DNA of 64,000 bases from a virus (taxonomy: Duplodnaviria > Caudoviricetes), in the IMG/VR virus record IMGVR_UViG_3300033463_000015. One strand, 5' to 3'. The notes beneath the pieces are model-generated. The model saw only the letters and a list, made by a program, of their open reading frames with translations. It was not told where the DNA came from and ran no database searches. Made by a program: the position numbers and the translations under genes. This document shows, in pieces, positions 1-9,547 of the stretch (positions within the stretch are counted from its first letter, which is position 1; every line of letters starts with the position of its first letter).

Positions 1-206
1 TGTACGAGTCCGCTCGCGAGCTGGTGCTCGGGCAGCTGGAGCTGGCCACCGAGGGCGCGACCCTCGCGGAGCTGGTGGAGAGCTGCGGCGATGCTCTGCC
101 CGCTGGGATGACCAAGGGCAAGGTGCAGTACGCTCTGCTCCACTACTGGAACGACGCAGTGAGCGTCGAGCAGACCAAGGGTGGTAATGTCTATCGCCTG
201 CGGTGA
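1..206 (+). CDS. Winged-HTH-like early protein, paralog 1 (5' truncated by window edge)
   Basis: Frame open from nt 3 (YESARELV...). Shares TLAEL..TKGKVQYAL..W...V.....G.N.Y with ORFs at 2482, 5829 and 9548. Followed by a GC hairpin and T-run at 216-244. Confidence 0.7.
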   Translation, partial: YESARELVLGQLELATEGATLAELVESCGDALPAGMTKGKVQYALLHYWNDAVSVEQTKGGNVYRLR

Positions 207-573
207 CGCGCTGGGAGCTGCCCCTCACGGGGCAGCTTTTTATTTGCGCGGATCCAATCGTTATATAGTTATAACTAACTTTCGTGCCGGCGGCCGCGAT
301 CGTTATGAATACATAACTACCTGGATCCGGCGCATAATTATGCAGAAAAATTTATAAATATTCATAGGAAAAAATACTTGACAAATTTCAAATTTTGAGT
401 ATAATAATAAGTGTCAGGTAGGGAAGTTCACGATGAGCCCTCGGGTTCAACGCCAATCGTGGTAAAAGGTGAATGCGATAAAAGCCAACTTCCCTCTTGA
501 CAAGCTCTTCACTCTATGGTATAATCAAGACATAAGAGAACGACACTCTTAAAAACGAGAAAGGGGTACACCT

Positions 574-963
574 ATGGCTATGACTAAGACCGCTCTTGAA
601 ACCGCTCTCCGCACCGCTTTCCTGTCCAAGCTGACCGAAGCCCTTGCTGATGAGGAAGTCCTGCGCGTGGGCTCCAACGAGATTGCTATCCCCTGTGTCG
701 ATGCTGAGGGCAACGATGCGTGGGTGGTGGTGAAGGTCTCCACGCCGCGTGGAACGCGCAATGGCGAGGGTGGCTACGATGCCTACGATGGCTACGCGGC
801 CGCGGATGACTACGCTATCGACTGCGCCGAGAAGGCCGAGAAGCGCAAGGTCGCGGACGAGAAGAAGGCCGCGAAGATCGCGGCTGACGCCAAGCGGCGC
901 GCCGAGAAGGCCGCGAAGAAGGCCGAAGCCGAAGCCGCGAAGGCCGAAAAGGATGGGGAGTAA
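574..963 (+). CDS. Hypothetical early protein with Lys/Ala/Glu-rich C-terminal helix
   Basis: RBS AAAGGGG, own promoter at 497-525. Similar architecture to 7355..7708 (DAEGNDAWVVV vs DANGEQRYVRI, KA-rich tail). Confidence 0.8.
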   Translation: MAMTKTALETALRTAFLSKLTEALADEEVLRVGSNEIAIPCVDAEGNDAWVVVKVSTPRGTRNGEGGYDAYDGYAAADDYAIDCAEKAEKRKVADEKKAAKIAADAKRRAEKAAKKAEAEAAKAEKDGE

Positions 964-1108
964 TCTCCCCATTTTTTGATGGCTAGGAGTTAGTCATAAC
1001 TAACTCCGCCGGCCGCAAAGTTAGGCTTGACAAACTCCAGCAATCGTGGTAAAATCATAATTGAAAAGAGGAAGGACACCTCCCAAACCAGAAAGGACAT
1101 TTCATTTT

Positions 1109-1762
1109 ATGGGTAACAAAATGGTCATCGACACGGAAACCGCCAACACTCCCAAAATTGAGGGGAAGTTGTTCTCCAACGATGGGCAAGTCTATGATGC
1201 TTGTTTCCGCGTCATCAATGACGAAGGCGAGACCCTTGAAGTTGTGCCCGTTATCAATCGCGATGTTTTCATTTCAATGCCCGAGGCGATGAGCGAGGCA
1301 TATTTCGCCGCGAAAATCCCGCAATACTGGCGCGACATTTGGAACAAAAAGTACACGGTCACGGACAGTTGGGGAATGTTTCAAATCTTCCGCACCCTCT
1401 GCCGCAAGTGGAATGTTGAGGCAATTATTGCCCATAACGCACCCTTCGACATTCGCGTTTTGAATGCGACTATGCGGTATCAGACCAAGAGTAAAAAACG
1501 GTACTTTCTCCCGTATGGTATGCCCGTGATTGATACCATGCGGATGGCGCAGGCTACCATTTGTAAGTCCCCCGATTATGTGGAGTTTTGTAAGCAAAAT
1601 GGCCTGATGACCAACCACTCCACCCCGAGACCGCGCGCGACCGCGGAAGCAATTTGGCAGTTTCTTACCAGTAATTTGGATTTCACCGAGGAGCATACTG
1701 GCGTGGGTGATACAGAGATCGAAGCCCAAATCTATGCCGCGTGTCTCCGTTGGAATGGGTAA
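1109..1762 (+). CDS. DEDDh (DnaQ-like) 3'-5' exonuclease, paralog 1
   Basis: ExoI VIDTET, ExoII AHNAPFD, ExoIII EHTGVGD. RBS GAAAGGA. Confidence 0.8.
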   Translation: MGNKMVIDTETANTPKIEGKLFSNDGQVYDACFRVINDEGETLEVVPVINRDVFISMPEAMSEAYFAAKIPQYWRDIWNKKYTVTDSWGMFQIFRTLCRKWNVEAIIAHNAPFDIRVLNATMRYQTKSKKRYFLPYGMPVIDTMRMAQATICKSPDYVEFCKQNGLMTNHSTPRPRATAEAIWQFLTSNLDFTEEHTGVGDTEIEAQIYAACLRWNG

Positions 1763-1872
1763 TTTCATACCCATTCCTTTTGTGCCGGCGCAAAATTTTC
1801 TACAATTTCCCTCTTGACAACCAACCCCTTTTATGGTAGAATCAAAGTGTACCAAGAAAGGAGATGACCCCG

Positions 1873-2019
1873 ATGAAGGTAATCTATCAATACACTTTCG
1901 GCGATGGATTGGTAATGGAATTCGCAGAAGAAATGCCCTTTACCCTTTTGAAACTCGCGGTTGACTATCACAAGGGACTCATCAAGTGCAAGAAGATTGT
2001 GATTATGGAGGTTGAGTAA
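1873..2019 (+). CDS. Small hypothetical protein (48 aa)
   Basis: RBS AAAGGAG, promoter at about 1814-1842. MKVIYQYTFG...EVE*. Confidence 0.6.
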   Translation: MKVIYQYTFGDGLVMEFAEEMPFTLLKLAVDYHKGLIKCKKIVIMEVE

Positions 2020-2020
2020 A

Positions 2021-2179
2021 ATGAACAAGCACAACAAGGTCAAGTCCAATGTGGAAATCATCCGCTCTATCCGCGGCGATTGGGGCGCGATTTCCCCCGT
2101 GACCAAGGTCATCGGTGACAAGCGGCGGAAGAAGAAGGACGCGGAAGCGCGGCGCCAGATTCGCGCGTACAAGGGCTAA
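2021..2179 (+). CDS. Small basic hypothetical protein (52 aa)
   Basis: RBS GGAGG. MNKHNKVKSN...RAYKG*. Confidence 0.6.
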   Translation: MNKHNKVKSNVEIIRSIRGDWGAISPVTKVIGDKRRKKKDAEARRQIRAYKG

Positions 2180-2481
2180 GTTAGGGCAACCTAACTTTGC
2201 CGGCGCGGTTAGCCCTGGCTAACCGCCGCAGATTGACAAAAACTTGTCAATCTTTTTTTTGCCAACCTATTGACAGGAGTCTAATTTTGAGTATAATAGA
2301 ATATGTCAGGAGGAGATAGGGAGCCCACCCCGAGGGGAGCGACCCTCCACCCCGAAAAAAAGTTTCCCAAACCCCTTGACAAACACCGCAAGGTGTGGTA
2401 CAATCAAGATGTCCTCAAGAGGAGGGCACACAAAAGAGTGCGGAACGACACCGCGTTAACAAACGAGAAAGGAAGGTCTAT

Positions 2482-2811
2482 ATGACTAAGGCTACTCTGT
2501 CTGCTCTGGTTTCCATCGTGGTTGACTCTGACGTGGAGGACAAGGACGCGATTCTCACGGAACTGAACAAGGAACTCCATCGCGGTGACGCCGTGAAGGC
2601 CGAGAAGGCGCAGACGTATGACAGCGCGTGGGAGTCCGTGCGCGAGATTCTCGCCACCGCGTCCAATGGTGCGACCGTGGCCGAGATTTTCGACAGTCTC
2701 GGTGAGGGCGTGCTGACCAAGGGTCAGCTCACCTACGCCCTCGGCCACCAGTGGGCTGACCTCGTGGTCAAGACCACTGGCAAGGTGAACACCTACGCCC
2801 TCAAGGCGTAA
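2482..2811 (+). CDS. Winged-HTH-like early protein, paralog 2
   Basis: ATVAEIF..LTKGQLTYALGHQWADLVVKTTGKVNTY. RBS GAAAGGAAGG. Tandem promoters upstream. Confidence 0.8.
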   Translation: MTKATLSALVSIVVDSDVEDKDAILTELNKELHRGDAVKAEKAQTYDSAWESVREILATASNGATVAEIFDSLGEGVLTKGQLTYALGHQWADLVVKTTGKVNTYALKA

Positions 2812-3011
2812 GGCTCACCCCTCCCGAATGCCACCCCTATGGGGTGGCATTTCATTTTGATTTCATAATAGTTAGTTAGTCATAACTAACTCGGCCGGCA
2901 TTTTATTTCGTGCCGGCGCAAAATTTCCCCTGGCAAAATTGCAAAAACCTCTTGACATCCAAACCCCTTTGCGGTATAATCAAGATGTACCAAATGAAAG
3001 GGGTTATCAAG

Positions 3012-3539
3012 ATGAAGAACGATTACGAAGTCCGCGCCGCTAAGTTCGCCCCCATCCTCGTCCGCCTGTTCGCCGCGTGCGCGACCCTCGCTGATTTCGA
3101 GGACGCCATCTGCGAGTACAATTCTACCCACAGCATCCAGCTTCACTATGCTCACGGCGTGTCCCGCATCGCCATCCTGCGCGCGGATTATGTCATCAAG
3201 TTTGACCTTGTGCCCGAAGAGAGTTGGACGAACGATGATGGCACTTGCCGCGCGGGTGATAACTCCACCGAGGCCGAAGTCTATGCCCGCGCCGAGCGTG
3301 AGGGCTATGCCTATCTGCTTGCCAAGACTACTGTGCTCCATATCGGTGGACGTTGCGTGTCCATTATGCCGCGCGTCGATGGCGTCGATGATTGGCATCG
3401 GTATTGGGGTGACTATGTGACCGATGAGGAATACGACTGGCTCGACTGGAACATCCACGACATCCACGAGGGCAATGTTGGCTACCGCAAGGGCAAGCCC
3501 GTAGTCATCGACTACGGATGGGATGGGAATATGTATTAA
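3012..3539 (+). CDS. Minimal protein-kinase-like fold protein, paralog 1
   Basis: G-V-S-R loop, VIKFD (Lys), helix-C Glu (EAEVY), catalytic DIHEGNVG and VVIDYG motifs. Confidence 0.7.
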   Translation: MKNDYEVRAAKFAPILVRLFAACATLADFEDAICEYNSTHSIQLHYAHGVSRIAILRADYVIKFDLVPEESWTNDDGTCRAGDNSTEAEVYARAEREGYAYLLAKTTVLHIGGRCVSIMPRVDGVDDWHRYWGDYVTDEEYDWLDWNIHDIHEGNVGYRKGKPVVIDYGWDGNMY

Positions 3540-3658
3540 TATTCCCATTTCGTTTTGCCGGCGCGAAAATTTCCCTGGCGAAACGCGAAAAAACCTCTTG
3601 ACAAAACCCCTCCCCTATGATAAAATTAAGTTGTACCAAGCGAAAGGAGCAAGGCAAA

Positions 3659-4375
3659 ATGAAGGAACTGTATCTCGTATTCGATGGCGAAGTTGCGAAT
3701 TGCCCCAAGGATGAGAAGGGTCAGCTTGACCTCACGAGCGGTCAGGTGTATGACAGCGGTTGGGCTATCGTAGATAATGAAGGTCGCGTGTATTGCGAAC
3801 GTTCGTTCGTCAATAGTGATGTCTTCTACGGTATGCCGCAGGCTATGGGCGAAGCGTTCTTCGCGGACAAGATTCCGCAATACAAGCAGGACATCCGCGA
3901 GGGCAAGCGCATTGTCCGCAACACGTGGGGCATTTGGCGTCAGCTTCGGCAGGATTGCGAGGACTACAAGGTCAAGGCCATCATCGCCCACAATGCGCGG
4001 TTTGATGTGCGGACGATGAACACCACGATGCGCTATCAGACCAAGAGCAAGCGGCGTTACTTCTTCCCCTATGGTATGCCTGTGTGGGACACGATGAAGA
4101 TGGCCGCGGACACTATCTGCAAGCGTGCCGACTATGTGGCCTTCTGTGAGGAACACGACTATATGACCAAGCACAAGGTGCCGCAGGTGCGCAAGACTGC
4201 CGAGATTCTGTGGCGTTTCCTCACTGGTGACGATGACTTCGCCGAGTCGCATACTGGCCTTGAGGATGTCAAGATTGAAGCACAGATTTTCGCGGCGTGC
4301 GTGCGGATGCACAAGGCGATGGAACGTGATGCGGAACTTGAACCCGATGACATCGAACAGCGGTGGGCTCTTTGA
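3659..4375 (+). CDS. DEDDh exonuclease, paralog 2
   Basis: VFDGEV, AHNARFD, SHTGLED. Shares TMRYQTKSK.RYF.PYGMPV.DTM with 1109..1762. Confidence 0.8.
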   Translation: MKELYLVFDGEVANCPKDEKGQLDLTSGQVYDSGWAIVDNEGRVYCERSFVNSDVFYGMPQAMGEAFFADKIPQYKQDIREGKRIVRNTWGIWRQLRQDCEDYKVKAIIAHNARFDVRTMNTTMRYQTKSKRRYFFPYGMPVWDTMKMAADTICKRADYVAFCEEHDYMTKHKVPQVRKTAEILWRFLTGDDDFAESHTGLEDVKIEAQIFAACVRMHKAMERDAELEPDDIEQRWAL

Positions 4376-4467
4376 GCCCGCCGTTTTCGCGCCGGCATAA
4401 AAAATTAGGCTTGACTAACTCAACACTATGCGGTATAATAAGGGTGTAAAGAAGAGGAGGAATTCCA

Positions 4468-4641
4468 ATGTTCAAGATTGAGTATGAGTACAATGGCCGC
4501 ACTATGACTTTCGATTTCATTTTCCATAGCTTTTGGGCCGCAAGCCTTAAGGCGCGTGACATCTCTAACGCCTTCCACACCAACGCCTATGTGTACAACC
4601 TTCACACGGGCGTCTATGTGGCGCATTACTGGGGCGATTGA
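4468..4641 (+). CDS. Small hypothetical protein (57 aa)
   Basis: RBS GAGGAGG, own promoter at about 4411-4439. Confidence 0.6.
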   Translation: MFKIEYEYNGRTMTFDFIFHSFWAASLKARDISNAFHTNAYVYNLHTGVYVAHYWGD

Positions 4642-4723
4642 CCCAGTTTTGCCGGCGCAAAAGTTAGGCTTGACTAACTCCTGGGTTTCGTGATACAATA
4701 AGGGTGAAAGGAAGGTGCTAAGA

Positions 4724-4861
4724 ATGAAGGTTTATCTCCGTAATTGCAAAGGACAGCAGACAATCCGTGAACTGAAACTGAGTCAAATTGTACGCATTTG
4801 GTTGTATCAAATGGTTCACGTGCGGAAAGAAGAGCGTTGCATTATGAAAATTCTTTTCTAA
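4724..4861 (+). CDS. Small hypothetical protein (45 aa)
   Basis: RBS AAGGAAGGTG, own promoter at about 4670-4699. Confidence 0.5.
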   Translation: MKVYLRNCKGQQTIRELKLSQIVRIWLYQMVHVRKEERCIMKILF

Positions 4862-4924
4862 AAACTCTTGACAAAACTCAAATCATCGTGTATAATAAAA
4901 ATACTCCAAGAGGGAGTAGAAAGG

Positions 4925-5362
4925 ATGACAACGATGACGATTTGGTTCGATATGGATGGCACGATTGCTGACCTCTATGGCGTGGATGGATGGCTTGACA
5001 ACCTCATCAACGAGAACACCCGCCCCTATGATGAAGCGAAGCCGCTTGTGAACATGGCACACCTTGCGCGGCTTCTCCACAAGGCGCAGGCGAATGGTTA
5101 TGAAATCGGTATCATCTCGTGGACTTCCCGCGGTGGCTCTGACCTCTACAATGGCGAGGTTGCCCTTGCTAAAATGGTATGGCTTCATAAGCATCTGCCC
5201 TCTGTGGAATGGGATGCCATCAAGATTGTGGCCTATGGCACGAACAAGCGCACCGCGTGTGGTGGTGGCATCCTGTTCGATGACGAAGAGCCGAACCGCA
5301 AGGCGTGGGGCGAAGGTGCTTTCACCCCTGACGAAATCATCCGCGTGCTGAAGGGTATCTAA
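4925..5362 (+). CDS. HAD-superfamily phosphatase (5'-nucleotidase-like)
   Basis: Motif I FDMDGTIAD, motif II IISW, conserved Lys, motif IV LFDDE. Confidence 0.75.
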   Translation: MTTMTIWFDMDGTIADLYGVDGWLDNLINENTRPYDEAKPLVNMAHLARLLHKAQANGYEIGIISWTSRGGSDLYNGEVALAKMVWLHKHLPSVEWDAIKIVAYGTNKRTACGGGILFDDEEPNRKAWGEGAFTPDEIIRVLKGI

Positions 5363-5828
5363 TTACCCTTTTTTCGTGCCGGCGCGGCAGTTAGTTATGA
5401 CTATATAACGAATCAGCCCTGGCGATTGTCAAAAATTTGTCAAAGAAAATTTGAAAAAATGCTTGACAGAAATCAAAATTGGAGTATAATTAATATTGTC
5501 AGGAGGGGACAGGGACACCACCCACGGAGGGCAAACCTCCGAGGCCGAAAAAAGTTCCGCGACCTCTTGACAGAGCGTCACACCCTGTGCTATAATAGGA
5601 CTGTAAGAAGGAGATGATACCCTTGGAGTAGAGAAAGGCCGCTAGCCGCGGATGGTGCGGAATTGCCAAAGCGCTTCCCTACCGCGTAGGCCGCAAAGAA
5701 GAGCGCAAAATTTCCTCCGAAAAACCCTTGACAAACACCACAGGATGTGGTACAATAAAGATGTTCCAAGAGGGAACACGAAAACGATCGGGAAGGAAAA
5801 CCCAACCAAACCAGAAAGGATGTGCCCT

Positions 5829-6161
5829 ATGAAGGTTTCCACTCTGTCCGCTGTGTACAATGCCCTGACCAACTACGGCTATGCCGATGAGACCGTGATG
5901 GCTGACCTGTACGCCGAGATTCACAAGGGCGACAAGGTCAAGGCCGAAAAGGCCGCGCTGTATGAGGATGCCAAGCCCATCGTCTTCGGCGTCTTCGCCC
6001 TGACTGACAAGCCCCTGACCGTGGCTGAGATTTGGGAGAACATCGAGGGCAATGTCCCCGAGGGCTTCACCAAGTCCAAGCTGTCTTACGCCCTGACCCA
6101 CAACTGGGCCGATGAGGTCGTGAAGGTCACGGGCAAGACCAACGCCTACACCAAGGCGTGA
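5829..6161 (+). CDS. Winged-HTH-like early protein, paralog 3
   Basis: LTVAEIW..EGFTKSKLSYALTHNWADEVVKVTGKTNAY. Confidence 0.8.
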   Translation: MKVSTLSAVYNALTNYGYADETVMADLYAEIHKGDKVKAEKAALYEDAKPIVFGVFALTDKPLTVAEIWENIEGNVPEGFTKSKLSYALTHNWADEVVKVTGKTNAYTKA

Positions 6162-6196
6162 CCCTCTATGGGAGGGCGCAAGCCCTCCCACCTCTT

Positions 6197-6271
6197 ACCC
6201 CATTGGCTCAATGGTAGAGCAACTGACTCTTAATCAGTGGGTTGCGGGTTCGAGTCCCGTGTGGGGTACCA
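6197..6271 (+). tRNA. tRNA-Lys (anticodon CTT)
   Basis: Acceptor ACCCCAT/GTGGGGT plus ACCA, D-arm GCTC-AATGGTA-GAGC, anticodon arm ACTGA-CTCTTAA-TCAGT, T-loop TTCGAGT. Confidence 0.93.
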
Positions 6272-6517
6272 GTGCCGCCTTAGGTGCGGCTTTTTATTTA
6301 TCGCAAAATTAGTTATATAGTTATAACTAACTCGCGGCCGGCACAAAATTAGGCTTGACTAACCAGGAGTTATGTGTTATAATAAGGGTGTCAAGAGGGA
6401 GAGAACCCCACCGCAAAAGGATGAGCGGGTGGCCCCGATTGGGTGGCGGACTCCAAAAAAGTCTTGACAAAAATCAAAAATTGATGTATAATGTAGAGGA
6501 AGAAAGGGGAAGAGACT

Positions 6518-6763
6518 ATGACTAATGTGTATGTGCTCACCAACGAAACCGATGGCAATTCTGTGATTGGCGTCTACTCCACGATGAAGAAGGCCATCAA
6601 TGCCCTCTTCAACGCCGCGGAGACCCTTGAGGTCGTTAGCTCTTGTATGGAGTCTGTGGGCGTGCGCTTCGTGTTCCTCGCGGGGACTGTCCCTGTGCGC
6701 TACTACATCGAAGAGGTCGAACTCGATGAGACCCTCTTCCTGCAGAAGAGCGACCTCTATTGA
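6518..6763 (+). CDS. Hypothetical protein
   Basis: ORF with RBS and promoter at 6464-6492. Confidence 0.7.
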   Translation: MTNVYVLTNETDGNSVIGVYSTMKKAINALFNAAETLEVVSSCMESVGVRFVFLAGTVPVRYYIEEVELDETLFLQKSDLY

Positions 6764-6772
6764 TAAGGAGCG

Positions 6773-7213
6773 ATGAAGATGACCAAACTTCAAGCAGTCC
6801 GCAAGTTTGCTAATGCTGTGGCACAGCAGAAGGTTGTCATTGCGCGCAATCACATCACCAAAAATTGGGCAATGTCACAGGATGAATTGCGTATGCTCAC
6901 GCCCACGAATTTCAACTATGAACCCGATGAAGGTGATGAAGCCTTCCGCATCGACTTTACCCATCGGTATGCCCCCGCTAATGAATTGATGGACATCACC
7001 ATCACTATTCTCCACGAAATCGGTCACTATTTTACCCGCTTTGACTATGATGCGGATGAAGATTACCACTTACGGCGTGCGGCCGCGAATATGAGTGAAT
7101 ATCTCCGCATTCCGTGTGAGCGTCTCGCTACTGATTGGGCGATTGCGTGGCTTCATGACCTTGAGCATTGGGCCATTGCTAAGCAATTTGAAGCGGACTT
7201 TATGGGTAAGTAA
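6773..7213 (+). CDS. HEXXH zinc-metallopeptidase-like protein
   Basis: TILHEIGH followed by E-x-x-A (CERLA). Confidence 0.6.
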   Translation: MKMTKLQAVRKFANAVAQQKVVIARNHITKNWAMSQDELRMLTPTNFNYEPDEGDEAFRIDFTHRYAPANELMDITITILHEIGHYFTRFDYDADEDYHLRRAAANMSEYLRIPCERLATDWAIAWLHDLEHWAIAKQFEADFMGK

Positions 7214-7354
7214 TTGCCCATATTTTCTGCCGGCGCGCTTGTGAAAAACTTAACAAAGAAAAATGCACAAAGCCCTTGACAATCACAAACCGATGGTGTA
7301 TAATCTAACTGTAATCAAGGGAAGGACACCCTACAAACCGAAAGGAGAATCTCT

Positions 7355-7708
7355 ATGGCGAAGATGAGCAAGCCTCAGGTGGATGCAGAACTGCGGGCGC
7401 GTGTGTTCAATGACCTCATCGAAGGTGCGGATACTGCTCTCCAGTATTGGCACATCAACGACCGCCAGTATGGCGCTCTGCTGAAGGACGCGAATGGCGA
7501 ACAGCGGTATGTCCGTATCGGTGTCATCGTGGCGGAACAGCGCGAGGATATGACTGCCGAGGAACTGATGGAGTCCGAGGTCAATGCGTATCGCGCCAAG
7601 CAGGAGGCCAAGGCCGAAAAGGCCAAGGCCAAAGAGGAAAAGATTGCCCGCGACAAAGCGCGGCGCGAGGCCAAGGAAAAGGAGGCGCAGGAAAATGTCG
7701 AAGGATGA
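7355..7708 (+). CDS. Hypothetical early protein with charged coiled-coil tail (likely paralog of 574..963)
   Basis: RBS AAAGGAG. KAEKAKAKEEKIARDKARREAK tail. Confidence 0.75.
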   Translation: MAKMSKPQVDAELRARVFNDLIEGADTALQYWHINDRQYGALLKDANGEQRYVRIGVIVAEQREDMTAEELMESEVNAYRAKQEAKAEKAKAKEEKIARDKARREAKEKEAQENVEG

Positions 7709-7883
7709 GATGGTTTGCCCCAAGTGCGGGAGCGAGGACTATGAGATTGGGGACTACGGCGAGAACTTCAACGATGAAGACTACTACTCCCGTTGGTGGC
7801 TCTGTCGTTGCGGAAAGTGCGGCTACTGCTATGAGGTGGAAAAGATTTACAATCTTGTCCGCACTCTGGTGAATGGGAACTAA
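7695..7883 (+). CDS. Zn-ribbon protein
   Basis: CPKCG...CGKCG, RBS GGAGG. Confidence 0.65.
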   Translation: MSKDEMVCPKCGSEDYEIGDYGENFNDEDYYSRWWLCRCGKCGYCYEVEKIYNLVRTLVNGN

Positions 7884-7994
7884 TGTTCCCATTCGCCGCC
7901 GGCAAATTAGGCTTGACTAACTCGTCAAGATGGTATATAATAAGGGTGAAAATAAGGAAAGGAAAATCCTAAACACCAGAAAGGATGATGAAGT

Positions 7995-8234
7995 ATGAAC
8001 CCGAATCGCCCTATCATTTGCAACATTCACAACTATGAGGATATGAGCGTTGAGGAAATCAATGCTCTGATTGACGGACTGTGTGGTCTGCGGCAGAATA
8101 AGCTTTCTGAAACAGCAGATAAGCACGCAGAGAGATTGAGCAATCTCATTTGCGACATTATGGACGATGGCTTTGTAGTCTATTGTAATGGAAACCAAAT
8201 TGAGCCTTGTGACCTTGATGTGCGTATTGATTAA
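7995..8234 (+). CDS. Hypothetical protein
   Basis: Own promoter and RBS GAAAGGA. Confidence 0.65.
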   Translation: MNPNRPIICNIHNYEDMSVEEINALIDGLCGLRQNKLSETADKHAERLSNLICDIMDDGFVVYCNGNQIEPCDLDVRID

Positions 8235-8344
8235 GGGGTAATAAATTACCCCTTATTTTCGCCGGCAAGAAAATTAGGCTTGACTAACTATCTGTCTTAT
8301 GATATAATCAAACTGTAAAAAGAAATAATCAAGGAGGAATCACG

Positions 8345-8620
8345 ATGGACGAATTTGAGATAAGTATGCGCATTGCTGAACTGGAAGACGAACTTGACCA
8401 GTTGCGTCTTGAAAATGACTCTTTGCGCCAGCGGCTTTGCGACAAGAAGTATCGGTATCAAATGATTACGGTATATGGCCAAGCCAGCAAGGTCGAAAGG
8501 AGCAACGACATTTCTATCTTGCTTCAAGCCGCATCCATCTATCTGTACGACCGCGACTGTACTATGCTTTCTATCTATGATTTCAAGGAAGGCCGCGACA
8601 TCTTTAACTACAGCCGTTAA
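8345..8620 (+). CDS. Hypothetical protein with N-terminal coiled coil
   Basis: RBS AGGAGG. IAELEDELDQLRLENDSLRQRL. Confidence 0.7.
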   Translation: MDEFEISMRIAELEDELDQLRLENDSLRQRLCDKKYRYQMITVYGQASKVERSNDISILLQAASIYLYDRDCTMLSIYDFKEGRDIFNYSR

Positions 8621-8695
8621 GGTGCCGGCCAAAAATTAGGCTTGACTAACTACCCTCTGTGTGATACAATAGGGGTGTAGAAAGGAAGGATGACA

Positions 8696-8845
8696 ATGTT
8701 CCGCAAAGTGTGTGCCGCTCTCGGCGCTATCCTGTTGGCTATGGGTCTCCTGTGGGGCGCGTTCAATCACGCATGGCTGTGGGCAGTCCTTCCCGCATTC
8801 ATCCTGATGGCTATCGGTAGCATTAAAATTACCGATGACGAATAA
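8696..8845 (+). CDS. Small membrane protein (49 aa, two hydrophobic segments)
   Basis: MFRKVCAALGAILLAMGLLWG...WAVLPAFILMAIG. Own promoter. Confidence 0.6.
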   Translation: MFRKVCAALGAILLAMGLLWGAFNHAWLWAVLPAFILMAIGSIKITDDE

Positions 8846-8911
8846 AACCTCTTGACAAACCCCTCCCCATATGCTATAATAAGAGCGTACCAAACGAAAG
8901 GAGCGAACAAA

Positions 8912-9202
8912 ATGCGCGACATCAAGAACGGCACCTACAATGGCAATATGACCTTCTGCCCTGTGAACTGTTGGAACGAGGACGATTGCCCCTATGCCCA
9001 CGAGGGTATCTGCCACATCGATGACCCCGTGGAGGATTGCGATGACTTCGCCGCGTTCTTCCCCTCTTGGGAAGACTGGGAAGACGCGGACGATGTTGAC
9101 CCCGATGCTCCCACGGACTTCTCGCAGGAAGAAATGTGGTGGGCCACGCAGACCTTCGGTTTCAATACTGAAGAAGCAAGAGAGGATGATGACGATGCTT
9201 GA
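8912..9202 (+). CDS. Very acidic Cys-containing hypothetical protein
   Basis: RBS AAAGGAG. FCPVNC..DCPY...CHIDDP..DCDDF, rich in Asp/Glu/Trp. Confidence 0.7.
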   Translation: MRDIKNGTYNGNMTFCPVNCWNEDDCPYAHEGICHIDDPVEDCDDFAAFFPSWEDWEDADDVDPDAPTDFSQEEMWWATQTFGFNTEEAREDDDDA

Positions 9203-9547
9203 TACCTTTGTTGTACTGTGCCAGATTCTCTTTATCATTGCTATCATCGTTCATAATATGAACGGAAATAGGGGTAAGTAATTACCCTTATTTTTCGCCG
9301 GCGCGATTGTTAAAAACTTAACAATCCTAATTTTGAAAAAACACTTGACATATCCCAAATTTGCGGTATAATAGAATTGTTCCAAGGGACACCACCCACA
9401 CCCCAGTTGCCAAGTCGCGGTTCAAACTCAAAAAAAGTTTGCGAAACCCCTTGACAAGCACCCCAAAGTGTGGTACAATGAGAATGTCCCAAGGGACAAG
9501 AAAAAGAAAAGACAAGGCCAGTCTCAAAAACCAGAAAGGGTAACCAC

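Noticed and set aside
71-78. E. coli Chi site GCTGGTGG
   Set aside because: A single occurrence in coding sequence, and the host is unlikely to be an enterobacterium.
412-502. Hammerhead or other self-cleaving ribozyme
   Set aside because: It contains CGATGAG but lacks the CTGATGA and GAAA core in the required arrangement. Kept only as a generic structured element.
6197-6271. Amber suppressor tRNA
   Set aside because: The anticodon loop is CTCTTAA (CTT, Lys), not CTA. Any suppressor must lie outside the window.
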